Below the pieces are notes generated by a model. It worked only from the letters and a program-made list of their open reading frames with translations. It was not told the origin of the DNA and did no database searches. From Robiginitomaculum sp. (GTDB lineage Bacteria > Pseudomonadota > Alphaproteobacteria > Caulobacterales > Maricaulaceae), in assembly GCA_027080345.1 (NCBI GenBank), contig JALWSB010000042.1:22967-86966 (forward strand): a stretch of 64,000 nt of DNA. Direction: 5' to 3'. Each line of letters opens with the position of its first letter. Position 1 is the stretch's first letter. Shown here piece after piece: positions 17,986 to 27,366 of the stretch. The position numbers were made by a program, and so were the translations under genes.

Positions 17986-18638
17986 TATTCGCTATTTTTG
18001 GTAAGAATCGTGAAGTCAACACCATCAGGTGTTTCAACCGCTTCAGCCCGCCCGCCAAGCTCCCGCGCCAGCAATCCAGTGTAAAAAGGCTGGATGCTAT
18101 GGCCATCAAACCCGTCTTCAGGGCATTGACCTTGCAAGATGGATTGAATTGTTGGTTTGAGTATGGTTTTGCCGCCGCGTACCGCAATGTGGACGCGTGC
18201 CATTGAATTACCTTCAATAGTAATTTCATTTTTTTTCAGCGCCGCCTCCTCGGCAAGAAGAGCCAGGTTAAGCAAAAGCCGGGCTTCAACTTTTGTCACT
18301 TCGGCAAAAGCGATACGCCAATCGAGCTTGATGTCAGAAATTTTATACAAATCTTCGACCACCTCTCTTAGTGTGTCTGTAAAAATATTGCCCTTAATGG
18401 CTGTCGCCGAGCCAAAAGCCAGTCGGGAAAAATTAAGTTTGGCCATGGCCAGATTGACATGCTCGTGTAGCATCTGACTTGCGTCTTCACGCAAACTGCC
18501 TTTGGCATGTTCTTCCAGATACTCCAGCGTCATTCCTATCGTACCCAGAGGCCCGGCAAAATCATGGCCCATCCGCGAACATAATATGGCCGCAAGGTCC
18601 AGGGGCGATATATCATAGGGTTCAATATTTTCGGGCAT
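17985..18638 (-). CDS. ChpT-family histidine phosphotransferase (HPTransfase-like)
   Basis: 217 aa, soluble. LAAILCSRMGHDFAGPLGTIGMTLEYL resembles the ChpT H-box as I remember it from Caulobacter (LAARLCHDFISPASAI). A second motif FSRLAFG is present. No ATP-binding boxes. Confidence 0.7.
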   Translation of the reverse strand: MPENIEPYDISPLDLAAILCSRMGHDFAGPLGTIGMTLEYLEEHAKGSLREDASQMLHEHVNLAMAKLNFSRLAFGSATAIKGNIFTDTLREVVEDLYKISDIKLDWRIAFAEVTKVEARLLLNLALLAEEAALKKNEITIEGNSMARVHIAVRGGKTILKPTIQSILQGQCPEDGFDGHSIQPFYTGLLARELGGRAEAVETPDGVDFTILTKNSE

Positions 18639-18870
18639 GAGCGTAACTCGGCTTTCTCAATGGTGTTGCATCTGTGTACAGGCTGACGCCAGAGGCTTAC
18701 CAAGAGATGAAAAAACACCGCTGATGTGAAAAAATACACGCAACTGGGGCAAAACCTTGGATTCAGCAAGAGTTTGCGCCATTGTGCCTCGCCGGGCAGT
18801 GAGACTTTCTTAACCCGGATTGTGTTGTCTACGCAAAACACACGACAAACTGAAAAAGGGCAAACCTGAC

Positions 18871-20271
18871 ATGATCTTGGACATTGTGCATGAGCGGCGT
18901 TTTGAGCCGGCCCGGATTGCCTTTTTTGCCCTGATGATTATTCCCGCCGGCTTGCTGGCCCTGGCTGTTATTAATCTTGGCAGCAACGCAAAGACAACGC
19001 ATAAGCCAGCCCATACAGTAACTGCCAGCCTCGCCGTGCCTGCGCCCATACCTGTTCCGCCGGATATGGCGGCGCTGGAGCAGGCCGCTTTTCGCGCCGA
19101 CGCATGGTCCCGGCTGCAAAACCTCACGCACAAATCCGTGCGCGTCAAACCCGGCGCGACCCTGGCCGGCCTGTTACAGGATGAAGGCATCAGCCGCAGC
19201 GAGACCGCCTCGGCAATCAGCGCCCTGGCCCGGGTCTATAACTTGCGTCACTTGCGCGCCGGACAAAATCTGGCGCTAACGCTGGAAACACCACAAAAGA
19301 CAGTGGCACCCGGTGAAACGCCTGCGCCGGTGCGTCTGGCCGGGTTGATCGTACGCCCCGAAGCCACCAGAACGGTTGTGCTGGAACGCAATCACAATGG
19401 TGTGTTTAAAGCCAGAGCGCTGGAGATGGAAGTTCAGAAGCAAACCGCCCGCGCCGCCGGGAAAATCAACACCAGCCTTTATGTTGACGGCCTCGCCGCC
19501 GGGGCCAGCGATGCGACCATTGCCGAATTTGCCCAACTTTTTGCCTATTCCGTTGACTTTCAACGTGGCATGCGGCCCGGCGATGCGTTTGATATTGTGT
19601 TTGAACAGGTTTTGGACGATCGGGGCAACCGGGTAAAAACCGGCAATATTCTTTACGCCATGCTGGCACCACGGGGCAAAGAACGGGCCTATTACCGCTT
19701 TGAAACAGCTGATGGCGATATTGGCTATTATGACAAGAACGGCCAGAGCGCCCGGCGGTTTTTAATGAAAACACCGGTTAAGGGTGCGCGTATTTCCTCG
19801 CGCTATGGGCGCCGCCACCACCCGGTTCTTGGCTATACAAAAATGCACAAGGGTATTGATTTTGCGGCCCCGCGCGGCACGCCGATTATGGCCGCCGGCA
19901 ATGGCGTGGTCGAGCGCGCCAGCCGTTTTGGCTCGTTTGGCAATTATGTCCGTATTCGCCATGCCAATGGCTATAAAACCGCCTATGCCCATATGTCCCG
20001 TTTTGGCCGCGGTGTGCGCAAGGGCAAACACGTCCAGCAAGGACAAATCATTGGCTATATCGGGACCACTGGGCGCTCTACCGGGCCGCATTTGCATTAC
20101 GAGGTTCTTAAAGGACGGCGCCAGGTCAACCCCATGACCGTCAATGTGCCAACGGGGCGCAAACTTAACGCCGCGGAGAAAAAACTTTTTGATCGCGAAA
20201 GATTACGCATTGATGCCTTGCGGACCACAACAATGGCGGCGCAAAAAACAGCGTCTGCATCAGCGGGTTAA
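18871..20271 (+). CDS. M23 (LytM-type) peptidoglycan endopeptidase, membrane anchored
   Basis: C-terminal M23 motifs HKGIDFAAPRGTP and GTTGRSTGPHLHYEV. N-terminal TM helix. TTG start 18820 trimmed to ATG 18871. Confidence 0.85.
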   Translation: MILDIVHERRFEPARIAFFALMIIPAGLLALAVINLGSNAKTTHKPAHTVTASLAVPAPIPVPPDMAALEQAAFRADAWSRLQNLTHKSVRVKPGATLAGLLQDEGISRSETASAISALARVYNLRHLRAGQNLALTLETPQKTVAPGETPAPVRLAGLIVRPEATRTVVLERNHNGVFKARALEMEVQKQTARAAGKINTSLYVDGLAAGASDATIAEFAQLFAYSVDFQRGMRPGDAFDIVFEQVLDDRGNRVKTGNILYAMLAPRGKERAYYRFETADGDIGYYDKNGQSARRFLMKTPVKGARISSRYGRRHHPVLGYTKMHKGIDFAAPRGTPIMAAGNGVVERASRFGSFGNYVRIRHANGYKTAYAHMSRFGRGVRKGKHVQQGQIIGYIGTTGRSTGPHLHYEVLKGRRQVNPMTVNVPTGRKLNAAEKKLFDRERLRIDALRTTTMAAQKTASASAG

Positions 20272-21065
20272 TTTTTCTTTTTCTTGTGTTTCTGTCTTTT
20301 CAGGAAAGCGGCTAATTTGGCTGATGACGGGCGACCGGCAAAGCCTTGTTCCGGCACAATAGATATTTTCAATACATGGTTATCCAGTATAATATTTTGT
20401 GCGTCAGCACGGCTAAGCTGCGCCCCGCGAATATCAGGCAAAGTGGATTTCTTACCCTTCGGCCGCGCCGACAAAGAGCGAATGGCGCTGCGTAAATTCA
20501 GGGCCGTATCAAGATAAACCCAGGCGGAGGGTTGGTCAGCTCCGCGCATGGCAAGGGTGACCGTATCACGATCAAGATCGACCGCCATATCGTGCGCGAC
20601 CTCTGCCATGGCCGGGCGCAAATTGGCAAGGCCAATGCTTTGTGGTCCCAAAGGCGGAGCCGTCCCCGCCCGCCAGGCCGGCACCCCGCCTGGCGTCGCA
20701 ACACTGAACAAAATTGGCCCGCCAATACGGGTCATGCGGACCATGACCGTGCCTTGATCATTTTTTAAAATGATATCACCTCGCGGACCGGGAACCCGGT
20801 GCAGGACATAAACCTCGCGCGCGCGTTCAAACCGAAACAATGTGGCGCCGCGGCGCGTATCAAGAATAAACGGCCGCCCCCCATTGGCCGCCTCAAACCG
20901 CGTTACCGTAACCGTATTGGCGGGGGGGGCATAGGCATCACGCAAGGCCTGCGACCCGGCATCGCCCGCCCGGGCAAAAGGCGCGCACAACACACCCAGA
21001 ACCAACCCCAGTAAAAAAGCGGGCGCAGCAAAACCAAACATGGTAGAAAAAAACCGTGCGTTCAT
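20268..21065 (-). CDS. Exported protein of unknown function with Lys-rich C-terminus
   Basis: Start trimmed to ATG 21065 (MNARFFSTMFGFAAPAFLLGLVLGVLCAPFARAGD, a signal peptide). Ends KRQKHKKKKN. The stop overlaps the convergent M23 stop (TTAA). Confidence 0.55.
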   Translation of the reverse strand: MNARFFSTMFGFAAPAFLLGLVLGVLCAPFARAGDAGSQALRDAYAPPANTVTVTRFEAANGGRPFILDTRRGATLFRFERAREVYVLHRVPGPRGDIILKNDQGTVMVRMTRIGGPILFSVATPGGVPAWRAGTAPPLGPQSIGLANLRPAMAEVAHDMAVDLDRDTVTLAMRGADQPSAWVYLDTALNLRSAIRSLSARPKGKKSTLPDIRGAQLSRADAQNIILDNHVLKISIVPEQGFAGRPSSAKLAAFLKRQKHKKKKN

Positions 21066-21128
21066 AAATTCACCCTGCGCGCGAACTGCGGCAGATTTTG
21101 GGCCATTGTGTATCTTCAAGGTCACAAT

Positions 21129-21851
21129 CTAATACATGTGTTGCCCGCCATTAATCGATAATGTCGAGCCGGTGATAAAACCGGCATTGTCAGAAACAAG
21201 AAATTGTACGCCGCGGGCAATTTCATCGGCATTACCAAGACGGCCAACCGGGATGCGCGCGACAATTTTCTCCAAAACGTGCGGTGGTACAGCGGCAACC
21301 ATATCCGTATCCACATAACCCGGCGCAATAGCATTGACCGTTATACCGCTGGCCGCCCCTTCCTGGGCCAAGGCTTTGGTAAAGCCGTGAATACCTGATT
21401 TTGCCGCCGCATAATTGACCTGGCCATATTGACCCGCTTGCCCATTTATCGAGCCTATATTGACAATCCGCCCAAAGCGGCGCGCCAACATGCCCGCCCA
21501 CACGGCGCTGGACATATTATAACAGCCGCCAAGATTGACCGCGATGACCTTTTCCCAAGATTGCGGGGACATCCGCTTCATGGTGCCATCGCGGGTAATC
21601 CCGGCATTGTTGACCACAATATCAACGTCTCCCAAATCAGCCGCCACCCGGGCCACCCCGTCGGCGCAGGCCTGATAGTCCGACACATCCCATTTATAAA
21701 CGCCAATGCCGGTTTTATCAGAAAACGCGCTGGCCGCCGCATCATTACCCGCATAAACCGCCGCCACGCTACATCCCGCTTTGGCCAGCCGTAGCGCTAT
21801 CGCCTGACCAATACCGCGTGTGCCGCCTGTTACGATTGCCACTCTTGCCAT
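21129..21851 (-). CDS. phaB: Acetoacetyl-CoA reductase (PHB synthesis)
   Basis: 240 aa SDR (VTGGTRGIG...NNAGITRD...YAAAKSG...NGGQHMY). Divergent from phaR. Confidence 0.85.
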   Translation of the reverse strand: MARVAIVTGGTRGIGQAIALRLAKAGCSVAAVYAGNDAAASAFSDKTGIGVYKWDVSDYQACADGVARVAADLGDVDIVVNNAGITRDGTMKRMSPQSWEKVIAVNLGGCYNMSSAVWAGMLARRFGRIVNIGSINGQAGQYGQVNYAAAKSGIHGFTKALAQEGAASGITVNAIAPGYVDTDMVAAVPPHVLEKIVARIPVGRLGNADEIARGVQFLVSDNAGFITGSTLSINGGQHMY

Positions 21852-21981
21852 GATCGCTCCCCTTTTGCGTGTGGATCAGCTTTGCAAATCGTGCATGAAA
21901 AGAAAAGGGCTGCATAATAATAAAGGCTTGCCCACAGCCGTCCGACTTGCCACATTACGGGTTTATTGACAAAGGCCTGCT

Positions 21982-22566
21982 ATGCGCAAAACCCGTAATG
22001 AAAATGACCCGGTGGTGATTAAAAAATACGCCAATCGCCGTCTTTATGACACGGCCAAAAGCGCCTATGTCACCCTTGACGATCTGGCCGCCATGGTCCG
22101 GGCCGGGACTGATTTTGTGGTCCGGGATGCCAAAACCGGGGAGGATCTGACGCGCACAATCCTGACCCAGATTATTTTTGAGCAAGAAGGCCGGGACGGC
22201 CATTTATTGCCTGTTGATTTTTTGCGCCAACTGATCGGCTTTTATGGCGACAGCATGCAAGGCATGGTGCCGGGCTTTTTGGACATGAGCATGAAAACCC
22301 TGGCCGACAACCGTCACCGCATGCGCAAACAGATGAGCCAGGCCATGGGGCGCGAGTCTCTCAATCTGATCGAAGAGCAAATGCACAAGAACTTTGCCCT
22401 GTTTCAAAAAACCATGCAGATGTTTTCTCCTTTTACCATGGGGACCGGCGCGGATACGGCAAAAGAAAAAGCTGACGCACCTGCCAAAGATGATGATTTG
22501 AGCGCCCTGCGCGCGCAAATGGCCGCGATGCAGGAACAGCTCGACAAGCTGGATAAAAAAGGCTGA
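21982..22566 (+). CDS. phaR: Polyhydroxyalkanoate synthesis repressor
   Basis: 194 aa. N-terminal IKKYANRRLYDTAKSAYVTLDDLAAMV is the PhaR signature. Confidence 0.9.
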   Translation: MRKTRNENDPVVIKKYANRRLYDTAKSAYVTLDDLAAMVRAGTDFVVRDAKTGEDLTRTILTQIIFEQEGRDGHLLPVDFLRQLIGFYGDSMQGMVPGFLDMSMKTLADNRHRMRKQMSQAMGRESLNLIEEQMHKNFALFQKTMQMFSPFTMGTGADTAKEKADAPAKDDDLSALRAQMAAMQEQLDKLDKKG

Positions 22567-23133
22567 TCGGCACTGTTTCGTTTTGAAACAGCGCGTAAGG
22601 TCCGCCGCGATAATATTATGGTTAATTGCCTCTTAACGGCACAAAACCACCCTTTCTTTGCCAAAATTCAAGGCACGGGTTTTGCGCGCCATTGCGCATG
22701 GCAGCTATGGTATCATCTTTGGTCTATCCGGTTGCGGCGCAAAACCCGCCGCGGCGCCGCACGCGCAAAAACGCGGCAAAAAACCCACAAAAATCCATGC
22801 TGCCGGTCCCGGTTCAGCCGCGCACCCGCCACACCCCGTTGCCCGTATCAGGAAAGACCACTTTCTATCAGCCTGATTGCCGCTATCAGGCGCAGTGCCT
22901 TGCCGGATCTCCACGCCGGGGCCTTAAGGGCGACCCGCGTGAACAAGCGCGCATTCATGCGCTTTACGCCGCGCCCCCGGGCACAAAAGTGGCGCGCACA
23001 GTGCGCTGGGCTTAAGACCGTATATTTAAATACAAACTTATATAAAATTTATCCGCCGCGTTTACGTCATAATAAGGCGATGCTGTTAGGCTCTCTTCTG
23101 ACACGGATGTTACCGCAGTTTTGAGACGCCCTT

Positions 23134-24483
23134 ATGAAGTCACTTGCCGCCCATATTGATACACTGGAACCGCGCCGGTTCAGTGGCCGCATCACCGCCG
23201 TTAATGGCATGATGGTCGAAGCATCCGGCCCGGCAAGTGCACTGGAACTTGGCGCGCGGGGTGCGGCGCAAACCCGCCACGGCCCCGTCTCCTGCGAAGT
23301 TGTCGGCTTTCGCGGCTCCCATGCCCTGATGATGCCTTTCGGGCCGATGGAAGGCATGCGCGCCGGAACCCGGATGGACATTGACCCGGATGGGGCCTTT
23401 GTGCGCCCGAGCAGTGCCTGGCTTGGGCGAGTGGTTGATGCGTTTGGCACCCCGCTGGATGACGGCCCGCCGCTGATAAATGGTATGCACGCTTACCGCC
23501 TGCGGGGCCGTCCGCCCGCCGCCCACACCCGCACACGGGTTGGCGAGCGCATGGACACGGGCGTGCGCGCCATCAACACGTTTACGCAAATATGCAAAGG
23601 CCAGCGCATGGGTGTTTTTGCCGGCTCCGGGGTTGGCAAATCGGTATTGATGTCAATGCTGGCGAAAAATGCTGATTGTGATGTGACAGTTATCGGCCTG
23701 ATTGGCGAACGGGGCCGCGAGGTCAAGGAATTTATCGATGATGTGCTGGGGCCAGAGGGCTTGAAGCGCGCCGTTGTTGTTGTCGCCACGTCTGATGAAC
23801 CGGCCTTGAAACGCCGCCAGGCGGCGCAACTGACCCTGACCATATCAGAATTTTTCCGTGATCAGGGCAAGCATGTTTTATGCTTGATGGATTCGGTTAC
23901 CCGCTTTGCCATGGCCCAGCGCGAAATTGGTCTGGCCGCAGGCGAGCCACCAACCACCAGAGGCTACACGCCATCGGTCTTTAATGAATTGCCACGGCTT
24001 TTGGAGCGCGCCGGGCCGGGCAGACGCACCGATGGCCGCCCGGAAGGGGCGATTACCGGTATTTTTACCGTTCTGGTCGATGGCGATGATCATAATGAAC
24101 CCATTGCCGACGCGGCGCGGGGTATTCTGGATGGTCATATTGTCATGGAGCGGGCGATTGCCGAACGGGGCCGCTTTCCCGCCATTAACATCCTTAAAAG
24201 CATTTCGCGCACCATGCCCGGATGCTGCCGCGACGATGAATTGCCGCTGATCAAAGAGGCCCGCCGGGCCTTGGCTGATTATGCCGATATGGAAGAACTG
24301 ATCCGGCTTGGGGCCTATGCCCGCGGATCAAACGAGGGCGTTGATCGCGCCATCGCATTGAATGAACCGCTGGAAGCGTTTTTAGCGCAGAGTAAAGAAG
24401 AAGCCACCTCAACCGAGGAGAGCTTCCACCGCCTGCGTGCGATTATGGGTGACAATAACGGACCGGAACAACCGGTCGTATGA
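23134..24483 (+). CDS. fliI: Flagellum-specific ATP synthase
   Basis: 449 aa. Walker A GSGVGKS, Walker B LCLMDS, F1/T3SS ATPase fold. Confidence 0.93.
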   Translation: MKSLAAHIDTLEPRRFSGRITAVNGMMVEASGPASALELGARGAAQTRHGPVSCEVVGFRGSHALMMPFGPMEGMRAGTRMDIDPDGAFVRPSSAWLGRVVDAFGTPLDDGPPLINGMHAYRLRGRPPAAHTRTRVGERMDTGVRAINTFTQICKGQRMGVFAGSGVGKSVLMSMLAKNADCDVTVIGLIGERGREVKEFIDDVLGPEGLKRAVVVVATSDEPALKRRQAAQLTLTISEFFRDQGKHVLCLMDSVTRFAMAQREIGLAAGEPPTTRGYTPSVFNELPRLLERAGPGRRTDGRPEGAITGIFTVLVDGDDHNEPIADAARGILDGHIVMERAIAERGRFPAINILKSISRTMPGCCRDDELPLIKEARRALADYADMEELIRLGAYARGSNEGVDRAIALNEPLEAFLAQSKEEATSTEESFHRLRAIMGDNNGPEQPVV

Positions 24484-24494
24484 TGGAGGGATAA

Positions 24495-24917
24495 ATGCGC
24501 AATTTTGCATCTTTGGTGAAACTGGCCCGTTTCAAGGTCGAGGAAATGCAAAAACGAATGGCCGTGCTCGATGAAGCGCGCGCCGCTCTTGAGGACCGGG
24601 CCGCCGATCTGGAACGGCGGGTGCCCGAAGAGCAGGTCGCCGCCGGGGAAAGCCGCGAAGGTTTCTTGGCCTATGGCTCTTATGCCCAGGCAGTGATTGA
24701 GCGCAAAAACAATTTGCGCGCCTCAATGGTTGAGCTTGACGCCCAAACCGCCGCTTTGCGGGTGCAGCTTCAGGACGCGTTTCGCGAATTGAAAAAGTTT
24801 GAGCTGATGGAAGAGCGCCGCCTTAAAAAAATTGCTGCCGCGCAAAGCAAAGCCGAACAGGCCGATAGCGACGAAATCGCCGGCACGCGTGCGGCCCGGC
24901 GCGCGCGCGGCGTTTAA
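24495..24917 (+). CDS. fliJ: Flagellar export chaperone/stalk protein FliJ
   Basis: 140 aa predicted coiled coil, 11 nt downstream of fliI. Confidence 0.65.
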   Translation: MRNFASLVKLARFKVEEMQKRMAVLDEARAALEDRAADLERRVPEEQVAAGESREGFLAYGSYAQAVIERKNNLRASMVELDAQTAALRVQLQDAFRELKKFELMEERRLKKIAAAQSKAEQADSDEIAGTRAARRARGV

Positions 24918-24929
24918 AAACAACTCCCT

Positions 24930-25244
24930 TCAAGGGCGTCCGGACGCCGTTTTGATGCCAAAAAGAATACTGATGGCACCAAAATAAATCAGCACGCGCA
25001 CCAAAAGGGCGAGGCCATTGTCCCCGGCAAGACGCACCCAGGAGTCTGCCAAAGCGTTCCCTGCCGATCCGCCGGTGATCAGCGCATAGGCGCCGGGCAA
25101 TAAAAGATCGGCCAACACGGCAATAATGACAGCCACGAACACCTGGCTATAGCGGCGCATGGCCCCGGTGCAAACCAGCGCAATCGCACTGATCAAAAAC
25201 CAGTCCGCAGCGGTAAAACTGTGTTGTAACAATCCTGCATCCAT
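24930..25244 (-). CDS. Small 3-TM membrane protein, translationally coupled to flhA
   Basis: 104 aa with three hydrophobic helices by eye. Its ATG overlaps the flhA TAA by 1 nt (TAATG). Confidence 0.55.
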   Translation of the reverse strand: MDAGLLQHSFTAADWFLISAIALVCTGAMRRYSQVFVAVIIAVLADLLLPGAYALITGGSAGNALADSWVRLAGDNGLALLVRVLIYFGAISILFGIKTASGRP

Positions 25245-27349
25245 TACACTTGCCCCACGACTTTGAGCTTTGCTTTAGGGTAAATTTCATTTTGCGACAT
25301 GACAATAGTCTGCGCCCGAAAGCGCTCGACAATGGAACGGACATAGGGGCGGATCGCCGGTGATGTCAGCAAAACCGGCACATCTCCGGCCAGCGCCGCC
25401 GCATCAAAGGCATCGCGCACGGCGGCAATAAACTCATGCAGTTTTGACGGCGGCAAGGCCAGTTGTTGCGTGTCCCCATCACCGATAAGCGCTTCGGCAA
25501 AAGCCTGTTCCCATTCTGGCGACAAGCCAAGAATGGGCAAAGAGCCATCAGGCGCAGCAGCGGCATGGCAAAGCTGGCGCGCCAGACGCGTGCGGACATG
25601 TTCAATGATCGCTCCCAGATTCTGGGTGCTGGCACTGGCCTCGGCAATAGCCTCAAGAATAGCCGGCAAATCACGAATAGAGACCCGTTCTTTAAGCAGC
25701 CCTTGCAATATCTGTTGAATGCCCGAACGGCTGATTTGCGATGGTGATATGTCTTCAAGAAGTTTTTTATCCTCCTTGCCCAGACCCTCGAGAAGCTGTT
25801 CTGTTTGGGCAAAAGACAGAAGGTCGGGCATGCTGTCGCGTAGGATTTCCGTCAGATGCGTCGCCAGAACGGTTGCCGGATCGACAACTGTCAAGCCGCG
25901 AAACGACGCCTCTTCGCGCAAGGATTCGGTGATCCATGTAGCGGGCAGGCCAAAAGTCGGTTCCTTGACATGATCGCCGGGCAGATCAACCTGCGCCCCA
26001 GTCGGGTCCATAACCAGTAAATGCCCCAGTTTAAGCAATCCTGATCCGGCTTCTATTTCCTTGACCCGGATAACATATTGATCGGCCTCCAATTGCATAT
26101 TGTCCAAAATACGCACCGGTGGCATGACAAAGCCCATATCCTGGGCCATTTGTTTGCGCAGCGCCTTGATCTGGTCGGTCAGACGCCGCCCTTCCATATC
26201 ATTGATCAGGCTAAGAACATTATAGCCCAGTTCAATTTTCAACCCATCAATATGCAGACTGTCGGTAATGGGCGCGTCTTTCTCTTCCTCTTCGGCGGCG
26301 CTCTTGGCAGTTTTGTTTTCCTCCTGAACCGCTTCGTGTTTTTTGCGTACATATAAAAACCAGGCGCTGCCGCCAAAAAGCGCCGACATCAGGGAAAACG
26401 GGATAAACGGCATGCCCGGTAAAAGCGCCGCCATAAACGCAATACCGGCAACCAGGCTCAAGCCTTGTGGATAGCCCGACAATTGTGCCACCAGCGCCTT
26501 GTCCGCCGCCCCTTCAACGCCCGCTTTGGATACCAGAAGACCTGCCGCAACCGAAATCACCAATGCCGGGATCTGGCTGACCAGACCATCACCAATGGTC
26601 AGCATGGTATAATTCGATGCCGCCTGGGCAAACGGCATGCCCTCCTGACCGACGCCGATAATCATGCCGCCAATAATGTTGATCGCCGTGATCATAAGAC
26701 CGGCCACCGCATCGCCGCGCACAAATTTCGAGGCCCCGTCCATGGAACCGAAAAAGTTCGATTCCGCCTCCAGGTCTTTGCGTTTTTGCCGCGCCGCATC
26801 CTCATCCAGAAGCCCAGCGCTCAAATCCGCATCAATGGCCATTTGTTTGCCCGGCATGGCATCAAGAGAAAACCGCGCCGCCACTTCGGCAATCCGCCCG
26901 GAGCCTTTGGTGATCACCACAAAATTGACAATGACGAGAATGATAAAGACGATGATGCCGATAACATAATTGCCCTGGGTGATAAAATCGCCAAACGCCT
27001 TGATAATCTGCCCAGCCGCATCCGGCCCCCGCGACCCGTCAGACAGGATCAACCGTGTCGAGGCCAGATTAAGCCCCAATCTGAGCATTGTTGAAAGAAG
27101 TAAAACAGAAGGAAAAGCGCTGAATTCCAACGGCTTGCGGATAAATAAGGCAGTCATCAACACCAGAACAGAAAACGAGATCGATACCGCCAGCGCAATA
27201 TCCAAAAGCCATTTTGGCATGGGCACAATCAGCATGAGCAAAATAGCAATAATGCCAAGCGCCAGCGCCACATCACCGCGCAGGGCGGCCTTGAAAAACC
27301 GCCGCACGTCCAACGCCGTTGGTGATGCTGTTGGCACCGATTCAGACAT
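25244..27349 (-). CDS. flhA: Flagellar export gate protein
   Basis: 701 aa. FHIPEP-family TM domain plus a cytoplasmic ring domain. Confidence 0.95.
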   Translation of the reverse strand: MSESVPTASPTALDVRRFFKAALRGDVALALGIIAILLMLIVPMPKWLLDIALAVSISFSVLVLMTALFIRKPLEFSAFPSVLLLSTMLRLGLNLASTRLILSDGSRGPDAAGQIIKAFGDFITQGNYVIGIIVFIILVIVNFVVITKGSGRIAEVAARFSLDAMPGKQMAIDADLSAGLLDEDAARQKRKDLEAESNFFGSMDGASKFVRGDAVAGLMITAINIIGGMIIGVGQEGMPFAQAASNYTMLTIGDGLVSQIPALVISVAAGLLVSKAGVEGAADKALVAQLSGYPQGLSLVAGIAFMAALLPGMPFIPFSLMSALFGGSAWFLYVRKKHEAVQEENKTAKSAAEEEEKDAPITDSLHIDGLKIELGYNVLSLINDMEGRRLTDQIKALRKQMAQDMGFVMPPVRILDNMQLEADQYVIRVKEIEAGSGLLKLGHLLVMDPTGAQVDLPGDHVKEPTFGLPATWITESLREEASFRGLTVVDPATVLATHLTEILRDSMPDLLSFAQTEQLLEGLGKEDKKLLEDISPSQISRSGIQQILQGLLKERVSIRDLPAILEAIAEASASTQNLGAIIEHVRTRLARQLCHAAAAPDGSLPILGLSPEWEQAFAEALIGDGDTQQLALPPSKLHEFIAAVRDAFDAAALAGDVPVLLTSPAIRPYVRSIVERFRAQTIVMSQNEIYPKAKLKVVGQV

Positions 27350-27366
27350 TAGCTAGCCTCATCCTT

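Noticed and set aside
22658-22876. 72-aa ORF with a lipobox-like FGLSGC in the phaR-fliI gap.
   Set aside because: It starts at TTG with no RBS, has a weak hydrophobic core and a His/Pro/Lys-rich remainder, and I cannot see any conservation evidence. It is kept only as a remark inside the gap finding.
22990-23004. Sigma-54-like TGGCGC-N5-GTGCG upstream of fliI.
   Set aside because: The register is right, but the -12 element is GTGC rather than TTGC and the site sits in very GC-rich sequence where such matches arise by chance. It is too weak to call as a feature.
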